Source of the DNA: Anaerolineae bacterium
GTDB lineage: Bacteria > Chloroflexota > Anaerolineae > UBA1429
NCBI GenBank assembly: GCA_963675785.1
Contig: OY776562.1
Span: forward strand, 2,016,001 to 2,080,000
Direction: 5' to 3'
Length of the DNA: 64,000 nucleotides
Shown in pieces: positions 28,077 to 37,907 of the stretch. A model generated the notes under the pieces. That model saw only the letters and a program-made list of their open reading frames with translations, ran no database searches and was not told the origin of the DNA. Every line of letters starts with the position of its first letter. Position 1 is the stretch's first letter. The translations under genes were made by a program, and so were the position numbers.

Positions 28077-28892
28077 ATGAATTTGAGCATCGTTCTCTCG
28101 ACACATCAGGCCAGTTTTCAGGCTGTGGCCTTTAAAGGAGACCTGGAAGAGAATATCAAACGCGTGACGGGATGGGGTTATCGCGGTGTTGAACTGGCTA
28201 TCCGTGACCCACGGTTGGTGAATGCTAACCAGCTCTTGGAGCTGGTAGCCAAATACAATGCGGTGATCCCTGCCATCGGCACCGGGCAAGCCTGGGGAGA
28301 GGAGCACCTCTCTTATACTGATCCGGATCCGGCCGTGCGGCGCGCCGCTATTGAGCGAACCAAGTCACACATCCCTTTTGCGGCGAGGGCCGATGCACTC
28401 ATTATCATTGGGTTGCTACGCGGGCTGGTGCGCCCCGAGATAGAACATGCCCAGGCTATGGAATGGATGATCTCGGCACTACAAGAGTGCTGTGATGCAG
28501 CTGCTGACGAAGGCGTTCGTATCGCTCTTGAGCCGCTAAACCGCTACGAGACCACCCTAATCAACACTACCGCCCAGGGACTCGATATGCTGGCGACCAT
28601 CGCCCGGCCCAATATGGGCCTGTTGCTGGATACGTTCCACATGAACATCGAGGACCCCGACATCATCGCAGCCATCGTCCAGGCCGGAGATCGCGTGTTC
28701 CACTTTCACATTGCCGATTCGAACCGTTGGTATCCTGGCGCCGGCCATCTCGATTTTGGGCACATCCTGCGATCGCTGGACGACAGTGGCTACAAGGGCT
28801 GGGTTTCGGGCGAGTTTATGCCCATACCCGACGCTAATACGTCGGCGCTACGCTGCATCGAACACCTGCGCGTGCTTCAACTAGTCGATTGA
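28077..28892 (+). CDS. iolO: 5-keto-L-gluconate epimerase (xylose-isomerase-like TIM barrel)
   Basis: FKGDLE, ELAIRDP, IGTGQA, EPLNRYE, DTFHMNIE, HIADSNRWYPG. Confidence 0.85.
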   Translation: MNLSIVLSTHQASFQAVAFKGDLEENIKRVTGWGYRGVELAIRDPRLVNANQLLELVAKYNAVIPAIGTGQAWGEEHLSYTDPDPAVRRAAIERTKSHIPFAARADALIIIGLLRGLVRPEIEHAQAMEWMISALQECCDAAADEGVRIALEPLNRYETTLINTTAQGLDMLATIARPNMGLLLDTFHMNIEDPDIIAAIVQAGDRVFHFHIADSNRWYPGAGHLDFGHILRSLDDSGYKGWVSGEFMPIPDANTSALRCIEHLRVLQLVD

Positions 28893-28901
28893 TCGACAAA
28901 G

Positions 28902-28937
28902 AAAAAGGCTCCGACCATGATGGTCGGAGCCTTTTTT
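28902..28937. terminator. bidirectional intrinsic terminator
   Basis: AAAAAGGCTCCGACCA-TGA-TGGTCGGAGCCTTTTTT. Confidence 0.88.
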
Positions 28938-28950
28938 GATGCCCAAAATG

Positions 28951-29607
28951 CTACCAGTTACGAGATGCTATGGTTACCTGAAAGCTGGAATCGATCGAGA
29001 AATAGGAATAGGCCGAAGAGGCGACTGTGCCCAGCCAAACCCAGGCTGCATCCGAAAGGAATGCCGGAGCGTTATCAGTAAGGAGCACTGTAAGCAACGA
29101 AGCGGCGCCAGTGATGAAATACACGCAGAAATAGAGGACGGCCAACCAGACGGCGCTGGTTGAGGATGTGTCATCATCGGGCTCAACGACCTCTTCGTCA
29201 TCCAATGCACCCACCACCGCCACGGGCAGGGCCACGCGCGCACCAAGGAATGAGGCCAGCCCGAGCATCTTGCAGCGAGCCCGAGAAGGCGATCTAAGGG
29301 CATGCCAGCCCACACTGAGGGACTTGTGTTTGGCGGGATCCTTGAGAGCCACCACAGAAGTGCTCGATTGACTGCCACGACTAAAGCCAGCCGTTACCAC
29401 CGCACCAACCAAGCCCGAGAGTCCAGCCACAACGCGCGTCCAGGCGTCTGTGAACACAGGATCCGGTTCGGTGAGTGTGCGATAAATGGCAATGCCCATG
29501 ACCAACGCATAAATGAGAACTGCCATCACCGTCAGCATGAGCGAAAGAATCCTTCGCAGACGTTGAGGCAGCAATTCGCTCTCGATAATTTCTTCCACGT
29601 CACCCAT
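28951..29607 (-). CDS. hypothetical membrane protein (two TM-hairpin halves)
   Basis: Four hydrophobic segments; GTG start after CAGGAGG. Confidence 0.7.
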   Translation of the reverse strand: MGDVEEIIESELLPQRLRRILSLMLTVMAVLIYALVMGIAIYRTLTEPDPVFTDAWTRVVAGLSGLVGAVVTAGFSRGSQSSTSVVALKDPAKHKSLSVGWHALRSPSRARCKMLGLASFLGARVALPVAVVGALDDEEVVEPDDDTSSTSAVWLAVLYFCVYFITGAASLLTVLLTDNAPAFLSDAAWVWLGTVASSAYSYFSIDSSFQVTIASRNW

Positions 29608-29659
29608 CCTCCTGTATTCCTGTCGGCATTATAACGGGTTCACATGGTTGACGTCAACG

Positions 29660-29687
29660 AAAAAGGGGCATCTCGTAAGATGCCCCT
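29660..29687 (-). terminator. intrinsic terminator of tyrS
   Basis: AAAAAGGGGCATCT...AGATGCCCCT. Confidence 0.8.
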
Positions 29688-29705
29688 CATATACTCGTTG
29701 GATAG

Positions 29706-30935
29706 CTATTCTTTTACAACGATACGGCGATAGCGCTTTTTGCCTGCACGCAATGTCGCCGAGCCTTTTTCAAGATCAGCCAGGGTGAACATCTGATCAA
29801 AAGAGTCAACCCGTTCGTCGTTGATGTAGGCACCGCCCTGCTGAATCAGCCGACGCACTTCACTGGCTGAAGCACACAAGCCTGTACGTTGAAAGACCTC
29901 GGCAAACGACACACCGGCTTTGAGTTCCTCACCAGAAATCTCGGTGGTGGGAATGTCGATATCGGCATTGCCAGCCCCAAACAGAGCCTTGGAAGCCTCT
30001 TCAGCCTTGTCCGCCTCTTCTTTACCATGCACGACCGAGGTCACCTCATGAGCCAACACTCGCTTGGCCCGATTGATTTCAGCGTCCTTGAGCTTGGCCA
30101 ATTCGTTGATCTCTTCCATTGGCAAGAAGGTGAACAATTTGAGGAAGCGTACGACGTCTGCATCCTCGGCATTCACCCAATACTGGTAGAAATCATAGGG
30201 CGAGAGGCGATCTGGATCCAGCCAAACGGCGCCAGCTGCGGTTTTGCCCATTTTAGCGCCCGATGAGGTCGTTAGGAGGGGGAAGGTTAGGGCAAAAGCT
30301 TCGCCACCTTCCACACGGCGAATCAATTCGACGCCCGCTAAAATATTGCCCCACTGATCGTTACCACCGCATTGGAGCAAGCAATTCTCGTATTTGAAGA
30401 GGTGCAAAAAGTCATAAGCCTGCAAGAGCTGATAGTTGAACTCGATGAAAGAAAGGCCCCTTTCCAGACGCTGCTTGTAGGCTTCGGCAGCCAACATGCG
30501 GTTCACCGAAAAGTGGCGACCAATATCACGCAGGAATTCGACATAGTTAAGCTTACGCAGCCAATCGGCGTTATTGAGCATCACCGCTTTGTCGTCCGAA
30601 AAGTCGATGAATCGACTAATCTGCTTTTTGAGGGCTTCTGCGTTCTCATCAATCTGTTCCACAGTAAGCAGCTGGCGCAACTCTGTTCGCCCACTGGGAT
30701 CTCCGATCATGCCCGTACCACCACCAATGAGCGGGATGGGCCGATGACCAGCTCGTTGCATATGCGCCAGAACCATCAAGGTGACCAAGCTACCACAATG
30801 CAGGCTAGAAGCCGAGGGATCATAGCCAATATACAAGGAGATGCTCTTCTCTTCGAGGACGGCACGCAAGCGCTCTTCATCCGAGACTTGTTCGACAAAG
30901 CCCCGTTCCTTTAGGACATCTAGTACGTTAGTCAT
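29706..30935 (-). CDS. tyrS: tyrosine--tRNA ligase
   Basis: YIGYDP, HCG (HIGH variant), GDPSG, YQLLQAYD, GGNDQWGN, KMGKT, C-terminal S4 domain; ATG 30935 after CAGGAG. Confidence 0.96.
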   Translation of the reverse strand: MTNVLDVLKERGFVEQVSDEERLRAVLEEKSISLYIGYDPSASSLHCGSLVTLMVLAHMQRAGHRPIPLIGGGTGMIGDPSGRTELRQLLTVEQIDENAEALKKQISRFIDFSDDKAVMLNNADWLRKLNYVEFLRDIGRHFSVNRMLAAEAYKQRLERGLSFIEFNYQLLQAYDFLHLFKYENCLLQCGGNDQWGNILAGVELIRRVEGGEAFALTFPLLTTSSGAKMGKTAAGAVWLDPDRLSPYDFYQYWVNAEDADVVRFLKLFTFLPMEEINELAKLKDAEINRAKRVLAHEVTSVVHGKEEADKAEEASKALFGAGNADIDIPTTEISGEELKAGVSFAEVFQRTGLCASASEVRRLIQQGGAYINDERVDSFDQMFTLADLEKGSATLRAGKKRYRRIVVKE

Positions 30936-31045
30936 GGCATCTCCTGTGATTTGACGCAATTGCTCTAGCACATTAGCATCAGCAAAATGTGACTATATCG
31001 ATGGTATTCGCGGCACGAGCAGGTGTCAAATGAACGGGGGACCGG

Positions 31046-31768
31046 GTGCTGGATAATCTTTTGCTGCTGGCGTTGATTTGCGCCTGCGGCGCGTTTGTAT
31101 CAGGCCTAGCGGGTTTTGGCTCTGGATTGGTTCTAATGGGCACCCTGGTGGCATTTATGGATATCCAAGTGGCCTCCTCCGTCACCGCAATTATCTCGTT
31201 GGGGTTGGCACTGGCCAACATGATCTCCGTCTGGAAGCATGTCCCCTGGAACGAAGTCTGGCGCCCAGCCGCTACAGCGTTGCCCATGGTGTGGGTTGGC
31301 GTCTTTATGCTGCAAAACCTCAACGACAGTGTGCTCAAGGGTCTGCTGGTCTTTATCATCTTGGCAGGCTGTGCTATTTCTTTGTGGTCTCCGGGCAAGC
31401 AAGAAATCAAAAGTCCCCTTTGGGCTTATGCCACAGGCATCATCGCAGGCCTGTTTGGCGGCTGCATGAACACTGCCGGCCCTCCGGTAGTGCTGTACAC
31501 CCTACTGAGTGGTTGGGACAAGAAAAAGAGCAAGGGCTATATGTCCTTCCTCTTCCTGGTTCTGGTGGTAATGCGCATCATCCTGCTGTCCACCAGTGGA
31601 TTGATGCCCACCACTGTCGTCTCGACGGGACTTTTATTATTGGCGCCCGTATTCGTGGCGTGGTATGCTGGGAAAACTGTGTTCGCACGCCTGTCGGATG
31701 ATCGATTCCGCTGGATTGCGGTCATAATCCTAGTCGGCATTGCCATCCGCTTGTTGGTTACACTCTAG
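31046..31768 (+). CDS. sulfite exporter TauE/SafE family membrane protein
   Basis: GLAGFG, AGLFGG..AGPP; about 8 TM segments. Confidence 0.82.
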   Translation: MLDNLLLLALICACGAFVSGLAGFGSGLVLMGTLVAFMDIQVASSVTAIISLGLALANMISVWKHVPWNEVWRPAATALPMVWVGVFMLQNLNDSVLKGLLVFIILAGCAISLWSPGKQEIKSPLWAYATGIIAGLFGGCMNTAGPPVVLYTLLSGWDKKKSKGYMSFLFLVLVVMRIILLSTSGLMPTTVVSTGLLLLAPVFVAWYAGKTVFARLSDDRFRWIAVIILVGIAIRLLVTL

Positions 31769-31804
31769 CTCAACCTGATAGCGATAGATTGTGAGGTGTA
31801 GATT

Positions 31805-32719
31805 GTGAGTACGTTCCTGCACATTTTCTCCAACAACATCCTGCCCGTATTTATCACCATCGGCATCGGTTTTCTGCTAGACCGCACATCCCATATCGAT
31901 AAAAAGACCCTTTCCAGGGTTACGGTCTATGTTTTTTCGCCTTGTTTGGTATTTGCTACACTCGTCAAGAATACGGCCGACCCCAGAGACTTTGCTATGA
32001 TGATGGTGTTCGCCACAGCCCTACACCTCGTCATGATCGTTATATCCATGCTAGTCGGACGTCTGCTCGGCTGGGATGCTCGACGACGTGATGCACTCGT
32101 GCTGGTTTCATCTTTTCTGAATGCCGGAAACCTGGGGCTCTCTGTTGTTTTGCTTTCCTTTGGTGAAGATGGACTGGCGTTGGCCATGGCTTATTTCGTC
32201 ATCAGCAACCTGATGAACAACACGTTTGGGGCCTTTTTTGCTGCCCGCGGTGGGGGACAGGGTGGCGTCAAAGACGCCCTGAAAAAAGTGGTACGCCTGC
32301 CAAGCCCCTATGCGTTTATTTTGGGATATGGCCTGAGTTTGCTACATCTTGAGGTTCCCTCACAGATACTGACCCCTCTGGCCACACTGGGGAATGCCGC
32401 TTTGCCAACAATGCTGCTCATGTTGGGCATTCAACTCGGGCAGACCAAGCTGAACAATCAGTTGGGCGATGTTTCGATTGGTGTGTTCCTGCGGCTTGTA
32501 GCCAGCGCTGGCGTTGCCGCACTTATGGCCCCACTGTTTGGCCTAACCGGCGTGGCCTCTCAGGTAGCCATCATGGAATCTGCCACACCAACAGCGGTTA
32601 CCACATCTCTTTTGGCCATCGAATTTGATGCCGATGCAGATTACGTGGTCAGTGTCATCTTTGGTTCTACACTACTGAGTGCCATTACGCTCACCGTTGT
32701 GCTGGCGCTATTACAATGA
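31805..32719 (+). CDS. AEC-family (auxin efflux carrier-like) transporter
   Basis: PCLVF, NAGNLG, P-x-A motif, STLLS; about 10 TM segments. Confidence 0.85.
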   Translation: MSTFLHIFSNNILPVFITIGIGFLLDRTSHIDKKTLSRVTVYVFSPCLVFATLVKNTADPRDFAMMMVFATALHLVMIVISMLVGRLLGWDARRRDALVLVSSFLNAGNLGLSVVLLSFGEDGLALAMAYFVISNLMNNTFGAFFAARGGGQGGVKDALKKVVRLPSPYAFILGYGLSLLHLEVPSQILTPLATLGNAALPTMLLMLGIQLGQTKLNNQLGDVSIGVFLRLVASAGVAALMAPLFGLTGVASQVAIMESATPTAVTTSLLAIEFDADADYVVSVIFGSTLLSAITLTVVLALLQ

Positions 32720-32732
32720 GTTCCAGATAACG

Positions 32733-32766
32733 AAAAGAGGGCAGTCGATGACTGCCCCCTTTTTTT
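32733..32766. terminator. bidirectional terminator
   Basis: AAAAGAGGGCAGTC-GAT-GACTGCCCCCTTTTTTT. Confidence 0.8.
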
Positions 32767-32785
32767 ATTTGCCAAAGATCAAGTT

Positions 32786-33763
32786 CTAGTCTTGTTCAAA
32801 CCGTTTCCCCAAGCCCGATGGGCCTGAAGCATCCATGATATGCGCTAAAGCCCGACGCAAACCCGTGGGTAAATAACGCCCCAGCTTGTCAGGATTTGAG
32901 GCTGACACGACCAACAAAGCCACGACCATGAGCGCAAAGGGAGCCGCCTGAAACACCTGTGAGGGAATGTTGGGGTATACAGGCTGCAAGATACTGCCCA
33001 GCGATTTGAGTGCGCCAAATAAATAGGCGCCCAAAGCCACGCGAACTGGCCGCCATCCGCCAAAGATGACAATGGCCAGCGCCACCCAGCCAAAGCCCGC
33101 AGTATGTCCTTGGCTCCAGCCCAGTTTAACACTCAAAGAATAAGCTGCACCGGCACAACCCACAAGGGCGCCGCCAATGGCCGTATAGATGTAACGCATA
33201 CGGTTCACTGGTAAGCCGCGCGCAAAAGCGGATTCGGGGCGTTCTCCGATCGCGCGCAAATTCAGCCCCTGGCGCGTATGGTTGATCCAGAACCAGGCCG
33301 CCAAAACCAGAATAAAACTAGCATACACCACGATATTCTGATCGAAAAACATCGGGCCGATAACCGGTAACTCTGCCAGTACAGGGATCGTCAGATGCGG
33401 AACACTTGGCCCCGGAATGCTTACATACGATTTGCCCAAGAAGGTGCTCAAGTCCGTACATAGCAATGTCAGCACAAAACCCACAGCTACCTGATCTTGT
33501 TTGAGAGCGATACTGCTGGAGGCCACAATGAGAGCGATGATAGAGCCAACAGCCATGGCAGCTGCAAATCCCCAGAGTACACTCCCAGAAGCATAAGCCG
33601 CCACAAAACCAGCCATGGCCGAGAGTAGGATTGAGCCATCCAGAGAGAGGTTAGTGATGCCGGCTTTTTCATTCAGCATCTCACCAATACCGGCAAACAC
33701 CAGCGGCGAACCGGCGGCTATGACTGAAGCAAGGGTTTTAACCCACAAGGCGTCATTGACCAC
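32786..33763 (-). CDS. nucleoside/sugar ABC transporter permease
   Basis: GEMLNEKAGITNLSLDG, LRAIGE, GWVALAIVIFGGW. Confidence 0.88.
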   Translation of the reverse strand: MVNDALWVKTLASVIAAGSPLVFAGIGEMLNEKAGITNLSLDGSILLSAMAGFVAAYASGSVLWGFAAAMAVGSIIALIVASSSIALKQDQVAVGFVLTLLCTDLSTFLGKSYVSIPGPSVPHLTIPVLAELPVIGPMFFDQNIVVYASFILVLAAWFWINHTRQGLNLRAIGERPESAFARGLPVNRMRYIYTAIGGALVGCAGAAYSLSVKLGWSQGHTAGFGWVALAIVIFGGWRPVRVALGAYLFGALKSLGSILQPVYPNIPSQVFQAAPFALMVVALLVVSASNPDKLGRYLPTGLRRALAHIMDASGPSGLGKRFEQD

Positions 33764-34820
33764 GGGCGAGCCTCCGTTCAGCCAGGCGCTGGCGAATGCC
33801 GCGCACGATTACGAAAAAGAAGACGACGCTGGCCTGCAACACACCACCGAGGGAAGCATCCAAACCTAAGCGCAGTTCAAGGCGCGGACTACCAACCTGC
33901 ACAGCCGCAAAAAAGGCCACTACCAGAGGGACAATCTCGGCCCTAAGGCCTGAAAGCAATACGACCAGCTGTGATAAATAACCAATGCCTCCCGAAACAC
34001 CAGGGATTAGGCGATAGCGGACTGCCGTAACCTGCACAGCGCCCGCCAAACCCGCCATGATGCCCGCCACCATAAAGGCCATCAGCAGGCTTTTACGATC
34101 TTTGATGCCCAAACGCCGGGCGGCTTCATCGTTCAAACCAATGGCTTTGAGACGCAGGCCCCAACGCGTGTTCCGTAACAAGTAATAAACTGCCACAATC
34201 GCCACAACAGCCAGAATGATTGCCAAAAGACTGGCACGTGTATCACCCAGGGTGGACATGCGCGCCGCTTCAGGGAAGGGTTCCGTACCACTCATGGTAG
34301 CGCCTTCAGCACGCTTCCAGGGGCCCAGAATCAAATAATTTGTAATAGCCTGCCCCACATAGTTGAGGCCGAGTCCAGCAAAAATCTCGTTAACGCCGCC
34401 ATAAGCGCGAATGAGCCCTAGCAAGAGTCCCCAAAACACGCCGCCAACGACACCCCCTAGCAGCACCAGAGTGATGAACAATGCAGGCGAGGTGATGTCT
34501 GGAAAGGTTTGTACAACAAACGTCGCGCCTATCGCTCCAGCAATAATCTGACCCTCAATGCCAATGTTCCATAATCCGGCTGCAAAGGTGATAAGCATGC
34601 CTGCAGAACACAGCATCAGCGGTACCATGGACATGGCAACATCTGTAATATTGTTAACGCCTCCAAAAGCACCCGAGACGATAGAACCAAAGGCCTCAAG
34701 TGGATTGGCATCGGCGCCAAGAAGCAAAACACTGGCAAAAGCCAGTGCAAGAAAAACCGGCAAGAGTACAGGCGAAACTTTGTACCAGAGTTTCAGCCCG
34801 AATCGAGGCTCGGAACTCAT
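33753..34820 (-). CDS. nucleoside/sugar ABC transporter permease
   Basis: GLWNIGIEGQ, VNEI, GLRLKAIG. Confidence 0.88.
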   Translation of the reverse strand: MSSEPRFGLKLWYKVSPVLLPVFLALAFASVLLLGADANPLEAFGSIVSGAFGGVNNITDVAMSMVPLMLCSAGMLITFAAGLWNIGIEGQIIAGAIGATFVVQTFPDITSPALFITLVLLGGVVGGVFWGLLLGLIRAYGGVNEIFAGLGLNYVGQAITNYLILGPWKRAEGATMSGTEPFPEAARMSTLGDTRASLLAIILAVVAIVAVYYLLRNTRWGLRLKAIGLNDEAARRLGIKDRKSLLMAFMVAGIMAGLAGAVQVTAVRYRLIPGVSGGIGYLSQLVVLLSGLRAEIVPLVVAFFAAVQVGSPRLELRLGLDASLGGVLQASVVFFFVIVRGIRQRLAERRLARGQ

Positions 34821-36280
34821 GCGCGGCTCCCTCCAATCATATAGCCGAGTTGCTCGCAAGTTACCTCAGAACTGGAGACTGGTTCAGAGATGATACCACC
34901 TGAGAACACCAAGATACGGTCGGCATAGTCTACCAACTCGTCGAGATCCGTTGAGGTAAAGATAATGGCTGAGCCCTGATTGCGGCGTTCCAAAAGCCGC
35001 GCCCAGATGCGCGCCGAAGAATCGATATCGAGCCCACGCGTAGGATGTTCAAGCAACAATAGGGAGAGTTCATCAGGCAGAAGAGAGAGCAAGGCACGCT
35101 GCTGGTTACCGCCGGAAAGTTCCTCGACACAGGTATCGGGATGCCCAACGATGCCATAATCGCCGATTCGCGTCCGTGTCAGCACCTCGGCGCTCTCCCA
35201 ATCCACCAGAATCCCTTGCTTTTGATAAGCAAGGGCGAAATGTTCGCAGAGTGTCATGCCGGGAATGAGCCCCTCTTCAAGACGTGCGGCGGGCACATAC
35301 GAAACACCGGCCCGTCGAAACGCTGCGTAGGGAGCCGAAGAGAGCTCTTTATTGCCCAGAACGAGATGCCCCGCAGATAGAGAACGAATGCCCGCGCAAG
35401 CTTCCATAAAGAGGCGCTGGCCGCTTCCTTCTAATCCCGCAAGGCCAATGACCTCACCAGCACGCACGACGAGGCTAAAAGGAGCCACATCCAAACGGTA
35501 TGAGCGAATGGCCGCATCTTCAAGCCTGAGCAACGGCGCGCCGAACTGCACTTGAGAACGCTGGTTGCGCGCCAAGCATTGTCCAAACATCATCTCGACA
35601 AGCGCATCGCTAGTGAAGGGCGCGCGAATCCGCCCCGAAACTTGACCCTGGCGCAGTACAGTCACCTCGCTGCACAATTCTTGAACTTCTTTGAGTTTGT
35701 GGGAGACGAAAATGATCGAAAGTCCGTCATCAGCGAGTTTGTGCAGCGTCTTGAATAAAAGCACACGCTGCGGCTCCGAAATGCCCGTGGTTGGCTCATC
35801 CAAAATGATGGTGCGTACACCCATGTTTAACAGGCGCAGGAGCTCTAGTTGCTGGCGTTCTCCCATAGTCAGATTGCGCACCAATTCATCGGGGTCTAGC
35901 TCAAAGCCAAAGCGCTGACAGAGGTCCAGTAGTTTTTGTCGAGATTGGCGGCGATAAAGGCGCAAGAAACCAGGGGATCCGAGGCAAAAATTCTGCAACA
36001 CAGAAAGCCTGGGGACATCCAACGGATCCTGATGGAGCATGCCAATGCCGAGACGGGTAGCAACAGCAGGAGAGCCGACCTTGACCAGGCGGCCATCGAG
36101 GTAGATGGAGCCGGAATCGCAGGAGATATAACCAGTGAGGACCTTCATCAAGGTCGTTTTACCAGCGCCGTTTTCGCCGAGCAGCCCGTGGATTGTGCCG
36201 CTTTCTACAGTGAGGGAGATATTTGAGTTGGCTTGTACGGAGCCGAACGCCTTGCAGATCCCATCGAGTTCTATTTGCAT
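34817..36280 (-). CDS. ABC transporter ATP-binding protein (duplicated NBD, CUT2 type)
   Basis: GENGAGKTT, LDEPT, SHKL, LSGGNQQ, PTRGLD. Confidence 0.92.
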   Translation of the reverse strand: MQIELDGICKAFGSVQANSNISLTVESGTIHGLLGENGAGKTTLMKVLTGYISCDSGSIYLDGRLVKVGSPAVATRLGIGMLHQDPLDVPRLSVLQNFCLGSPGFLRLYRRQSRQKLLDLCQRFGFELDPDELVRNLTMGERQQLELLRLLNMGVRTIILDEPTTGISEPQRVLLFKTLHKLADDGLSIIFVSHKLKEVQELCSEVTVLRQGQVSGRIRAPFTSDALVEMMFGQCLARNQRSQVQFGAPLLRLEDAAIRSYRLDVAPFSLVVRAGEVIGLAGLEGSGQRLFMEACAGIRSLSAGHLVLGNKELSSAPYAAFRRAGVSYVPAARLEEGLIPGMTLCEHFALAYQKQGILVDWESAEVLTRTRIGDYGIVGHPDTCVEELSGGNQQRALLSLLPDELSLLLLEHPTRGLDIDSSARIWARLLERRNQGSAIIFTSTDLDELVDYADRILVFSGGIISEPVSSSEVTCEQLGYMIGGSRA

Positions 36281-36342
36281 ATTAACCCTTGGGATAGACG
36301 GGGCAGAGGAGAATCCCCTGCCCCGTAATGTGAGAAATCAAA

Positions 36343-37602
36343 CTAGTTGCTGGCGCCATCCATGCCCTGAAGCAACTGTGGGAGATACCAGATCTGCTCT
36401 TCTGTAGCCACTTCACCCTCGGCAACATAAAGTGTGCCGTCCTGCAGATAGAGGGGGCCTTCAAAGAGTTGGAACTCGCCGCTGGCCAGATCAGCAATGA
36501 AATCGTTCAGGTTAGCGATGTCTTCATCGGAAAGGCCTGCACCAAAGTCATAGCCAACCGGGCTGACTGTCGTGTCGTTGATGTCGTCCCAGTTGGGGGC
36601 GTTCCATTCCCAAACCTGCTCCAGCTCGCCGTTCATAGCGCGCGTGACAAAGTCAACATAGTCAGGGCCCCAGTTAAAGTACGGTGTGCCCAAGCAAACC
36701 TCAGGATAGACATCGCAAGCACCGACATAATCGTAAGGAATGGCCCAAACTTGCTCGCCCTGCTCGTAGCGCTGGCCGGCCACAACAATAGCCTCAGTGG
36801 TGTCGATGCCAGAAAGAAGCACGTCAACGCCGTTGTTGAACAGGTCATTGGCTACGTCTGTCGGGTCAAGGGTAACACCGGGGATATTGAACCAGAAGCC
36901 GATCCAGTTGACGATAAAGGTAAGGTCTTCGGCATCGCCATCGCGATAGCGCTCATAGCACTCTTTGCAGCCGAGGTAGCTGGCAGAAACCAGGCGACGG
37001 GTCTCATCGTTGACGAGGGGACCAAGGTAGCCAATGGTATCTGTCTCGGTCTTGAGGGCTGCTGCACAACCAGCAATAGCCTTCATGTAGATCATCTGCC
37101 CCATAAAGTTGGAGAGGTTTTCGGAGGCTTCGCCGGTGAGAACCTGGTCACCAGTGCATTGTACAAACTCAACATCAGGGTACTTGGTTGCGACAGCAGT
37201 GGTGTCAGCAGAAAAGTCATCCGAAGTGGTAAAGATGAGTTGGGCACCCTGCGAGACCATCTCGTCTACAACCTGCTCAAGGGTTGTATCGGGTCGATCC
37301 GACGTGTTTAGGCTTTCGAGGATAATGGCACGCGTGCCGGGGATTTGCTCTTCGACATAGGCAGCAGCCTCAGCATGAGCCTGGCTATAGCCATGATCGT
37401 TGGCAGGACCAACAAGCACTACGCCGAATACAAATTCTTCACTCTCATCGGGCACACTTGTCGCCGTCGCGGATTCACCCGCCGCTGTAGTTGCCGTCGC
37501 AGGTACGCTAGTCTCCTCGGGGGTGCCGCAGCCAACCAAAATGGTTGATGCCAACAACACGAGCGCGAGGAGCAAACCGACATGCTTCGTAAGCTTTGTC
37601 AT
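36343..37602 (-). CDS. BMP-family ABC substrate-binding lipoprotein (probably nucleosides)
   Basis: Lipobox LVGC, Thr/Ala-rich linker, GPANDHGYSQAH, WIGFWF, YFNWG. Confidence 0.88.
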   Translation of the reverse strand: MTKLTKHVGLLLALVLLASTILVGCGTPEETSVPATATTAAGESATATSVPDESEEFVFGVVLVGPANDHGYSQAHAEAAAYVEEQIPGTRAIILESLNTSDRPDTTLEQVVDEMVSQGAQLIFTTSDDFSADTTAVATKYPDVEFVQCTGDQVLTGEASENLSNFMGQMIYMKAIAGCAAALKTETDTIGYLGPLVNDETRRLVSASYLGCKECYERYRDGDAEDLTFIVNWIGFWFNIPGVTLDPTDVANDLFNNGVDVLLSGIDTTEAIVVAGQRYEQGEQVWAIPYDYVGACDVYPEVCLGTPYFNWGPDYVDFVTRAMNGELEQVWEWNAPNWDDINDTTVSPVGYDFGAGLSDEDIANLNDFIADLASGEFQLFEGPLYLQDGTLYVAEGEVATEEQIWYLPQLLQGMDGASN

Positions 37603-37907
37603 CCCTTTTCCTCCCAAATACAGATGAAAAAAACAATTATGCCCCAACCCTGGTCAAGCGGCTTGTTTTACGCACGCAGGTCGGTCTCTGTTATCAGCCA
37701 GAAACAGAGAAACGGCGACACCACCAAATATTGTGTGGCCGCCGTTGGACATACCGCAGTGTAGCACACAAAGATGCGCTTGTCCAACGACATATCATCA
37801 TGCTAGATAAACAATATCACCCTGGAATGCAGGATGACTTGCAGTCATTTAAAGGGTGTGTTATGATTAGGATTGGTGCTCCTCTCTTTGGAATCAAGGA
37901 GGTCTGC

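Noticed and set aside
30936-31045. T-box riboswitch for tyrS
   Set aside because: The intergenic region is only about 110 nt, shared with a divergent gene, and has no T-box consensus.
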